Source: Octopus sinensis (lineage: Eukaryota). Taken from it: a DNA stretch of 64,000 nucleotides. The notes beneath the pieces were generated by a model. The model saw only the letters and a program-made list of their open reading frames with translations. It did not search any database and had not been told where the DNA came from. Location of the stretch: assembly GCF_006345805.1 (NCBI RefSeq), contig NC_043002.1, positions 109,120,001 to 109,184,000 on the forward strand. The letters run 5' to 3'. This document shows, piece by piece, positions 1 to 8,820 of the stretch (position 1 is its first letter; each line of letters starts with the position of its first letter). The translations under genes were made by a program, and so were the position numbers.

Positions 1-801
1 AAGTTTTGCGTTTCATCTAAAGAAAGGGAAATGAGAGAAAGTAAAAGCATTGTTTGGGCTGAGGGTAAGTAAATGATGTAATTTTAGAAATACTTGCAAT
101 AGACTTGTACTACAGCCAAGGGAAGTTTTCTTTTATGTTTGAGAATTAAAAGCTAGGACCAATAAATTTCTGAGGTTAAAGAAGAGTTTGAGAACAAGTT
201 TCCTCACCTTTCAGTGACACAAAGCTATGTCCCAGACCAGAACACTTAATTTTCAATAACCCACATACATATTAAAGCATACAATGGTGGTGGTGTGACT
301 ATAAGTAATGAGTTTAGGAGAGGTTTGCAGACAATGGGAAAAAACACTGTAGGGAGCACAGTCAAAATTACAAGTGTTTTTGTTAGCTTGCAGTGATGAT
401 TTCAAGTCTTTGAAGACCCTAAGAGAACACGTGTAAGTTCAGCCTTGAATCATTGTATGATGACTGGGTGTTTGGTTACTGCATCACAAACCACTGTCAT
501 TACCACCACCACCACACTATTTGACAATGAGTCAGTGTGAGTACTTCCATATGATTGCTTAATCTACTAGAAAAAGTTGTTGAATCTCCCTCAAATACAC
601 ACACCTTACTGTCTTAAATAAGAATAGGTGTAAGCATTTGGAAAAAGTAGTCCTAGATACATTCATACACTTTATCTGAATATAAGACAAAATTGTTATG
701 GTCGGAAAATTTTTGCTCATAAATTCGCATGATCATAACTGATTTGGAGCTAAGCAATAACTCTAAGAATCTACAATATTATTCCATTTATTATGCTATG
801 T

Positions 802-1083
802 TGTTTGTTCCTTCTCGAGCCACACCTGGCTCATAAGGGCCGGTTTCCTTGGTGTATAGGTTCCCCACCAGTCCGTCACAAGTGAGCTGCAAGATGCAGG
901 AGGAAAGAGTGAGAGAAAGTTGTGGCAAAAGAGTCAGCAGAAGTTCGCCATTACCTTCTGCCGGAGCTGCATGGAGCTTAGGTGTTTTGCTCATAAACAC
1001 ACACATCGTCCGGTCTGAAATTCGAACCCACAATCTCCCGACTGCGAGTTCACTGCTCTAACCACTAGGCCATGTGCCTCCAC
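802..1083 (-). mobile_element. tRNA(Arg)-like SINE, family A variant with a different 3' half
   Basis: A box TGGCCTAGTGG and B box GGTTCGAATTTC on minus strand; 14-bp TSD TTATTATGCTATGT (788-801, 1084-1097). Confidence 0.85.
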
Positions 1084-2439
1084 TTATTATGCTATGTGCT
1101 TGTATGTTACACAAAAGCAAAATGTGAAACTCTTTTCATGGGTGAAGAACGGAAGTTTTATTTTTTGAATATAAATGGTAAATAGATTTACTATCATTAA
1201 ATAATTGTTTCAAATCCATCTTAAAAAGAAAAGCATTATGTCACATAAAACTCAAGGTTCTCATTGAGTTTTAATCTATTACACTCAGGTTCCCCAGCTC
1301 AGGACCATTGCCTACAATATTGCCATAAAAGGCAAGGCCAGTTATGAAACACAGTGTTGTCATAAAAGACATTAACACTTTTGCAAACATAGCACAGTCA
1401 GTCAGGTCAACTGGTGTGCAACCAAGTGAACAGGAATCTTCCTAGCAATAGCTTGGTTGAATATTCTAGAAACTCTGTTTGGTGTTATAAAAAATATTGG
1501 GATTTCAAACTCCCCAACACAATGACCCGATGTACTATTGGAAGCTATGTCAGTCAGCTTTGGGATAAGGCAATCTCAATCTTTCTACTTTATTTGTTCT
1601 CAATAATGTAAACTATCTTCATATTTCTATTAAGCATATTATGCAGAGAAAAGTCAACAGAATTCGGTCAGGGATTGATGATGTCAGCAAACAATTTAAG
1701 TCTCTGGAAGACTCATTAAAAACTTGCTTTTACCAGTAGCTGGGCTGACCAGCAAATGTTTAACCTGTTAGAATTGCAGTTATTGTAAGCAATGCATTGA
1801 AATATTATTAACAATCTTGTCTTTGGCATCCTTTCTTTGACAGACCATTAGATATATATAGCTCATTTGGCTAGTGGCCATAATGCAGCTAAAGCCAACT
1901 TGCTGCAGGAATTTATGCCTCTCACCTACCTATACGACTACTATCACTGCTTCACTTGGTGTAAATATTTTCTATCATTTGTCACAATGACAGCATTTTT
2001 TTTTTTGTTAATGATAAAATAAATATTTGTGTATATAGACATCCATCCCAGAGTTTTGTTCTGTCTATCAACCAAAATATTCTTTCATTACAATTAAAAC
2101 GAAGTAGTCGAGCCAGTTTTGAAGTATTAGGTGGTAGATGGTACACCCTAGAATTTGTTTTCTGCAAATATTTATTCTTTGACTTATCACTGTTGCAATG
2201 GCAACAAAAAATACATCTTGCGCTACTGCTACTTATGAATGAAAAAAGAAAAAAGAAGCCAACTCAAAAAGAGTAGCATTAGAAACTAACTTAGAAGTGT
2301 TACAAAGATTTGGTGTTGGATAATGAGCTGTAGATATGGGATGAGTTCTTGGTCTGTGGCCAACAATTGTTTGGAAAATCTGCTGTAACATTAAAAAAAA
2401 AATCTGAAAGTGTAACATCTTTAACTGCTACACAATTAG

Positions 2440-3300
2440 CTTGGAATAGACCCAGCAAAATGGAATATAGGGATAAAGAAAATGAATTAATGTAACTCAC
2501 TATACTTGCCAAATGAAAGCATTAAGTTTATGGAATGATCTCAAAATATGTGATTCTGGCATTGAAAGTCAAAGCTTTGTGGCAAGCTGTGATTGGTTTG
2601 AATGTCTCAAGAATTGCTCAGAATTGTAAGATAAATAGACCAGAGATCAGTGTAGAAGTATTGACAAAAATACAGAAAATTATCATAGACATAGCAGGAC
2701 ACACACTGCAGCAAATATTTTCAAGTAAGTGAAACAAACCTGTTTTGGAAACAAATACCAAATTAGAAGGAAAAAACTGCACCAGGGTTCAAGGCTCTCA
2801 GAAATCATGTGACTTTCTTTCTTGGTGACAATATTTCAAGAACCTCAAACCACTGGTTCTTTATCCTCTTAAGACAACATTAGATATGAAAGGTTTCTCT
2901 AAATCTTATCTTCCTCATATAAGTTTATCAAATAAATGGCAGATCACCAGAACAGTGTTCCAAGATGGGTTTACTTTGTGTTTCTGCTCAGTTGCCGGAG
3001 AAGATTGACAGATTAAAAACTTTGAAAAGGAAGCCATGTTTCTTGTGGACAAGGATTAGTTGACCTGGATGAGCTGATAACAATGTTTTAAGAAGCTTTT
3101 CAGTCTCCAAACATAATCAGCTTGATTGAATATATGGACCTGAGGGTTGTTACTGTTTTCAAAGCTTCTTGATGCAGAGGAGGGAAAAAAGGGAGGTATT
3201 TTCAAACCAGAGACTTGGGGTCCAAATACTTGCAACAGAATGAACTCCACTGAAGGCAGCCAAGGTGCCAGATGGGTGTCAAACCAAGGGGTAATGGCAG
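2440..3300 (+). pseudogene. Degenerate Tigger/pogo-type (CENP-B HTH + DDE_1) transposase
   Basis: Frameshifted segments KALSLWNDLK, FVASCDWFECLK, QIFQVSETNLFWKQIP, APGFKALRNHVTFFLGDN, LKPLVLYP...KGFSKSYLP resemble Tigger motifs (FxASxGWF, QIFNxDETGLFWK, APGFKA, LKPxLIY). Confidence 0.75.
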
Positions 3301-3532
3301 AATTTGAATGCAGAAAGCATAGAGGTGGAAGAAATACCACAAGGCCCAAGGTTTTTACAGTTTTGCCAATCTACAACCTTGAATTTGTACAACGGATGAA
3401 GGGAAATGTTGGCATCAATAGGATTTGAACTCAAACATAGAAAGTAAGAACAAATGAAGCATTCTGTCCCTCGTTGTAATGATTGCCAATTCTGATCACT
3501 GATAATTTGAATATATATATATATATATATAT

Positions 3533-4126
3533 CGCCTCGACTGGCTTCCGTGTCGGTGGCACGTAAAAAGCACCATCCAAATCGTGGCCGAAGCCAGTGC
3601 CGCCTCGACTGGCTTCCGTGCAGGTGGCACGTAAAATGCACCAATCTGACCGTGGCCGCTGCCAGCCTCGCCTGGCACCAGTGCAGGTGGCACGTAAAAA
3701 GCACCATCCAAATCGTGGCCGAAGCCAGTGCCGCCTCGACTGGCTTCCGTGCAGGTGGCACGTAAAATGCACCAATCTGACCGTGGCCGCTGCCAGCCTC
3801 GCCTGGCACCAGTGCAGGTGGCACGTAAAAAGCACCATCCAAATCGTGGCCGAAGCCAGTGCCGCCTCGACTGGCTTCCGTGCAGGTGGCACGTAAAATG
3901 CACCAATCCGACCGTGGCCGCTGCCAGCCTCGCCTGGCACCAGTGCAGGTGGCACGTAAAAAGCACCCACTACACTCACGGAGTGGTTGGCGTTAGGAAG
4001 GGCATCCAGCTGTAGAAACATTGCCAGATAAGACTGGAGCCTGGGGCAGCCTTCTGGCTTCCCAGATCCCTGGTCGAACCGTCCAACTCATGCTAGCATG
4101 GAGAACGGACGTTAAACGATGATGAT
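3533..4126 (+). mobile_element. 5'-truncated RTE-like LINE 3' end with 68/63-bp VNTR and (GAT)n tail
   Basis: Seven GGTGGCACGTAAAA motifs with alternating 68/63 spacing, then the shared tail GGAAGGGCATCCAGCTGTAGAAAC...GTTAAACGATGATGAT found in many copies in the window. Confidence 0.75.
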
Positions 4127-4135
4127 ATATATATA

Positions 4136-4364
4136 GGTGAGCTGGCAGAAACGTTAGCACGTTGGGCGAAATGCGCAGCCGTATTTCGTCTGTCGTTACG
4201 TTGTGAGTTCAAATTCCGCCGAGGTCGACTTTGCCTTTCATCCTTTCGGGGTCGATAAGTTAAGTACCAGTTGCCCACTGGGGTCGATGTAATCGACTTA
4301 ATCCCTTTCTCTGTCCTTGTTTGTCCCTTCTATGTTTAGCCCCTTGTGGGTAGTAAAGAAATAG
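4136..4364 (+). mobile_element. SINE family B (core GACTTTGCCTTTCATCCTTTCGGGGTCGATAA...AGTACCAG)
   Basis: tRNA-like head (B box GAGTTCAAATTCC); same sequence recurs at 8590-8820, 27463-27692, 22815-23012, 21258-21428 and elsewhere. Confidence 0.8.
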
Positions 4365-4413
4365 ATATATATATAGGTGCAGGAGTGACTGTGTGGTAAG
4401 TAGCTTGCTTACT

Positions 4414-6243
4414 TTGCATGCGCGTGTCAGTGTTTTCCTTTCACTAAATGGTGTCACGATGTTGGTATGCAGCATCATGAATTGTTGAACTATTGAAGGC
4501 ATTTGTTTTTTTGGATTCAGTGAGGGTTTGTTGTTTATTGTTTATTTTTCTCGAACAAGAAATCCCTACTGGATTCTGGGCATTTGTCTGCCTGTAGTTG
4601 CACTAAGTGTCTCACTTAGCTGTGAGAAGACTGTTGTTTTGGGGCCTCCAAAAAATTGTGGAATTTTTTTCCACCAAATTTTAGGTGAAATTTGTGGAGC
4701 TGTGTTCCTGTTCCTGTAGAGTACCAGTTAGCCAGAATTGTGTTCACTGTGTCTGTGAACTGTCTTCTTTCCTTCTTCTTTTCTTTCTTTTTTCTTGATT
4801 TTTTGAACATTTTTCTAAATGAATATGGCGAAGAAGAAGGACACTGCTTTGGAGTGGGAGATTGTCCCACTCAAAGAGTGGGTGAAAAACTTTGAGGAGA
4901 GGATAGTGGTGTTGAGGACATACTCAAAGTTGCTCAACACCATCGCCGTCTTCAAAAAAATAGATATTGAAAAAGAGTTGGCAGAGTATCTGCCAACCAT
5001 AAGATTTATTTCCAGGGGTGCCAAATATGCAACAGTGTGGCTGCTGTTTGACACCCCTGAGGAGGCTCACAGGTTTGTGAGCCAGCCCTTGGAAGGGCAA
5101 GAGATTCTGTTTCTTCCCACATATTGTGGGAAGAAATTAACAAGAGCTTGGGTCTGTGGATTGCCACCTGGAATGGAACCTGAGTGGATAGAAGATACTA
5201 TCCGCCGGGGTCTAGGTGGCAGCGGACCCAAGCTGTTGAATGTGAAGTTGTTGCTGGCGGGTCAAAAGCTGTTTTGGACCTGTGGACCCAATCAGCTGCA
5301 AGAAATCTGGTTTTTCCAGATCTTTTGACTATGGCTGGTAACAGGTATTCAGTGATACTGGAGCAGTTAGTTGAAGAAGTGCCTCCCACTCCTCATTCAG
5401 GAGAGATGGAGATGGTCGAGGAGGTGGAAGCCTCCTCAAAAAAGAGAAGAAAGAGGAAGAAGGTGGGTAACAATGGCTGCCCACTGAGGGATCCTAAAAA
5501 GGAAACTGAAACTGTGGGAGGGAACGAAAATCTCCCTGACAAAACGGAGGAGCTCCACCTTCCCATGGTAAAAATAAGCAAAAAAAGAAGAAAAACAGGC
5601 CATTGCCGGAAATTTCCGAAGCCCCGTCGGTGGGAATTGTGCCACCAATGGAGGAAGCTGTGGCCTCCCTCCATTTGGAGGAGGAATTTTTGGTTTTCTT
5701 CCACAAGGGAGGGGCAGTTCAAAAGTTTGTCAAAGAAGATCGGGGGGAGGGGTTCTAACCTGCACTAAGGATCCTGAATGAACTACAAAGCTAGCTGTGG
5801 AGGTCATTTGGGAGACAGGTCTTTGCAAGGTGATGGACTCCTTCCCTGAAGACATGTTTCACTTCCTGCTGAAGCACCCCGACCTAGCACCATTGAGGCA
5901 TTGAGCCTGGTCGGGTATCAGCAGGCAAGAAAATAATAGCAAAAAAAGTTAAGAGGTCTTAGTGCTTCGCATTGTAAGGGTGTACAACCCATTTTTGAAA
6001 AATGTAAGAGGCTTAGTGCCTCATTTTTAAGGGCCTTGTGTCCAAATGAACCAATGTAAGAGGTTTATAACCTCAATTTGTTTAAAAAAAAAAAAGAACA
6101 ATGATTTTGGGAAGCAGCGATCGGCAGGCATCGTCTGCCTTCACCAATTTCGTTTATTCATTTTTTCTATTCATTTCATCTTGTGTTTTGTCCAGCCCGC
6201 ATCTACTTCTATGTACGGCCTTTATGGCCAATTCTTTGAAATA
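4414..6243 (+). mobile_element. Non-autonomous, ORF1-only non-LTR retroelement (L1/Tx1-like by inference)
   Basis: 16-bp TSD AAGTAGCTTGCT(T/A)ACT at 4398-4413 and 6244-6259; ORF1-like reading frame 4819-5768 with a frameshift; 3' stem-loops and AATAAA-like end; no RT or endonuclease motifs seen. Confidence 0.75.
4819..5768 (+). pseudogene. LINE ORF1-like protein (RRM-like N-half, basic/acidic low-complexity C-half), frameshifted
   Basis: ORF 4819..5328 (TIRFISRGAKYATVWLLFDTPEEAHRF...LPTYCG...VCGLPPGMEPEWI) overlaps ORF 5184..5768 (PDLLTMAGNRYSVILE...KKRRKRKK); the pattern resembles RRM-type ORF1 proteins. Needs an HMM search. Confidence 0.55.
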
Positions 6244-7603
6244 AAGTAGCTTGCTAACTAACCACATGGTTCGGGGTTCAGTCCTACTGCATGGCACCTT
6301 GGGCGAGTGTCTTCTACTATCGCCTCGGGCTGACCAAAGCCTTGTGAGTGGATATGGTAGATGGAAACTGAATGAAGCCTATCGTATATATATATATAGT
6401 GTGTGTGTGTGTGTGTGTGTGCATGCGTGCGTGTTTGTTCCCCCACCATCGTTTGACAACCGATGCTGGTGTGTTTACGGCCCGTAACTTAGCGGTTCAG
6501 CAAAGAGACCGATAGAATAAGTACTAGGTTTACAAAGAGTAAGTCCTGGGGTCCATTTGCTCGACTAAAGGCGGTGCTCCAGCATGACCGCAGTCAAATG
6601 ACTGAAACAAGTAAAAGAATAAAAGAAAGAATATATATATGTATATATGGAGAGAGAATTGAGTATAGAAACTAGAAAGATGGTTCGCAGACCTTCGTGT
6701 TGGAAAATGAGATTATGTGTTACGCTGACGTTTATTTGGAACGATTTTTACGGATTTAATTCAGACAAGGATTGAAACTGAATCATTGATTCGGTTCACT
6801 GGGTGCATACCGCGAGATATGAAAGACGTCGGTCTAAATACATTCCTGAAATTGGTTTCGTATTCAAATTGTCTGGATCGATGAAATAAAACCCTTTAAT
6901 TTATTGTGAACATCTGACGGATTATATGCTACCGCAGGGAAAAAAGGTTTCGTACTTAATCAAATAACGTACTATTGATTTTGATTACGAAACCAAGAGA
7001 CTGAACGAGCCAAAACAGGAGCCTCTACATGATTGGTCGATCTGCTAGAAGTAGCAGCCAAATTTTCCTCAAGTGAAACCATGTAAAGAAAAGTGAACTT
7101 TAGCTAATATAACACTGGATACCATACGAAATAATTACATCATGCCGTTAATCACTTCGGTTAGGACTAAACATTATCTGAGCTTCTTCAAGGTCTAGTT
7201 GTTATTAAAAAATTTTTTTAAACTTTGATTTCAACGTGAATCAGTCTTTCAAGCATTTAATCGAGTTCCTGCCCGACTTCAGCACGAATGAATGAATGAA
7301 CGAGCGAAGGGGTTGATACGTTATTTATTTGTGTTTTTTTTAAAAATTCCTTCCTGTTTTAAATCTGCCTTATATTGGCTTAAAACAAGATTCTACACAT
7401 CAGCTAGCAACAACTGAAAAGAATTTAATAATAAACACAGAAAGGAAATTTAATTAGTTTCTTTTGTTTTAGAGAAATAGGCCTTTCGTTAAGCCGGTAA
7501 GAAGATACGAGAACATTCACTTCTGCTCTTCCATAGTTGAAAATCGGTAACTGTGCGCACTCCACGCTTCTTTCTAATAAATCTGTTGTTGGTCCTGTCT
7601 CAA

Positions 7604-7636
7604 CCAATCAGAATTCTCTACGTAGAACTACGTAGT
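7604..7636 (+). promoter_or_regulatory. CCAAT box / ERSE-like element plus two abutting 10-bp ACGT-core palindromes
   Basis: CCAAT-cagaattct-CTACG (ERSE consensus CCAAT-N9-CCACG, 1 mismatch); TCTACGTAGA 7617-7626 and ACTACGTAGT 7627-7636. Confidence 0.55.
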
Positions 7637-7645
7637 ATATGAAAC

Positions 7646-7674
7646 ATGGCGCTCTCCTGTACATGTCTAATCCG
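7646..7674 (+). CDS. GANAB: Glucosidase II alpha subunit (neutral alpha-glucosidase AB), coding exon 1 (MALSCTCLIR)
   Basis: AAACATGGCG start just downstream of a CCAAT box in a CpG-rich region; ends CG|GTAAGT (phase 2), joining exon 2 in frame. A short first exon ending in a split Arg codon matches my recollection of the vertebrate gene. Confidence 0.8.
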
Positions 7675-8589
7675 GTAAGTTTGCTCGTGTTTTCTTCTGC
7701 ATGTTTTATCAGAATTGAACCTATGAATCTTTCACATTTCTTTCCTCGTGGCATTTCAAGCCAGCATTGCTCCTTTTTTTAGCAAAATTGCTAGTTTTTA
7801 AACATCTAACTCGTCTTGTTTATGAATATATAACGATGTTCTCCGACAACGTGGCAAGCAGTGCGCTGACTACAATCAACGGCCAGGAATTGAGGGACCG
7901 GTTTACAAAACGTCAACGGTTATATTCTGACCCCCCATTTTAGAACCATTCTAGTATTTCTGTTGTGTTTTTCCCCTGCACTTCCGACTACTGTACTTAA
8001 CTCAGCTCTTTCTGTTATTTTTTCTTCTTCCTGAAACGTCGTTTTGTTTTCACTCACCGAAAAGAAAGAAGAAATACTTCTATAAATTTCGCATCGGTTC
8101 CTTCAGCAACTCTTTATTTAAACTAGTTTTTTTCCTCTAAATATTTGATAGAACAACGAGTCATAATTAGTATTATGTTGTATATTTATTTCGGGTCCTC
8201 GCCTCATATTTCTCTTAAATCCGCTGGGATTTTGTCATTTTGTTCTTCTTAGCAATATAATGACATTCCTTAATAATATGCTAATACTAATTCGCCTACA
8301 CCTGTCGGCTTTTATTTTCTATATAACAGAAAACAGAAAGCACCCCCCCTAAAAAAAACATTCCCGTCTTTGTTGAGACAAAAGATATCTATTTTCGATT
8401 TTTCTTCTTTTACAATAACAACTATTTTTCTTTCTCTCGCCTTGCTAAGTCACTAATTTTCACGGCTTTTTTGTTAGTCTCTTGTTTACATATTTTCGGT
8501 GGGTGTTTTATACTACCGGCAGCTCACTGGAGCCTCACCAACAACAACAAATAAAGTGGCTTAATACATTTATTTTTTTTTACCATATC

Positions 8590-8820
8590 TATTTCTTTAC
8601 TACCCACAAGGGGCTAAACACAGAGGGGACAAACAAGGACAGACATAGGTATTAAGTCGATTACATCGACCCCAATGCGTAACTGGTACTTAATTTATCG
8701 ACCCCGAAAGGATGAAAGGCAAAGTCGACCTCAGCGGAATTTGAACTCAGAACGTAACGGCAGACGAAATACCGCTAAGCATTTCGCCCGGTGTGCTAAC
8801 GATTCTGCCAGTTCGTCGCC
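8590..8820 (-). mobile_element. SINE family B in intron 1
   Basis: Reverse complement of the 4136 copy; flanked by duplicated TTTTTTTACCATATCTAT. Confidence 0.85.

Larger units (their letters stand above)
4376..6625 (+). mobile_element. SINE family C, split by the 4414-6243 insertion (pieces 4376-4413 and 6244-6625)
   Basis: Head GCAGGAGTGACTGTGTGGTAAGTAGCTTGCTTA stops at 4413 and resumes at 6244; intact copies at 56138-56539 and 49700-50075 show the uninterrupted sequence. Confidence 0.85.
6650..8550. promoter_or_regulatory. CpG-enriched promoter region of GANAB
   Basis: CG dinucleotides visibly more frequent than in the introns (judged by eye, not computed); surrounds exon 1. Boundaries approximate. 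Confidence 0.55.

Noticed and set aside
3533-3965. CRISPR-like repeat/spacer appearance of the VNTR
   Set aside because: The variable parts are homologous to each other rather than unique spacers, the context is a eukaryotic LINE, and there are no cas genes.
3279-4021. Long overlapping ORFs on both strands (up to 196 aa) with repeated FYVPPA/CHLH motifs
   Set aside because: Translations of the GC-rich 63-68-bp VNTR in an RTE 3' UTR; periods are not consistently multiples of 3 and several frames are open. The same applies at 36.8-37.3, 39, 48-49 and 50.9-51.6 kb.
1-7600. A divergent protein-coding gene upstream of GANAB
   Set aside because: No spliceable exon chain or recognisable host-protein motif on the minus strand; the region is transposon-derived.
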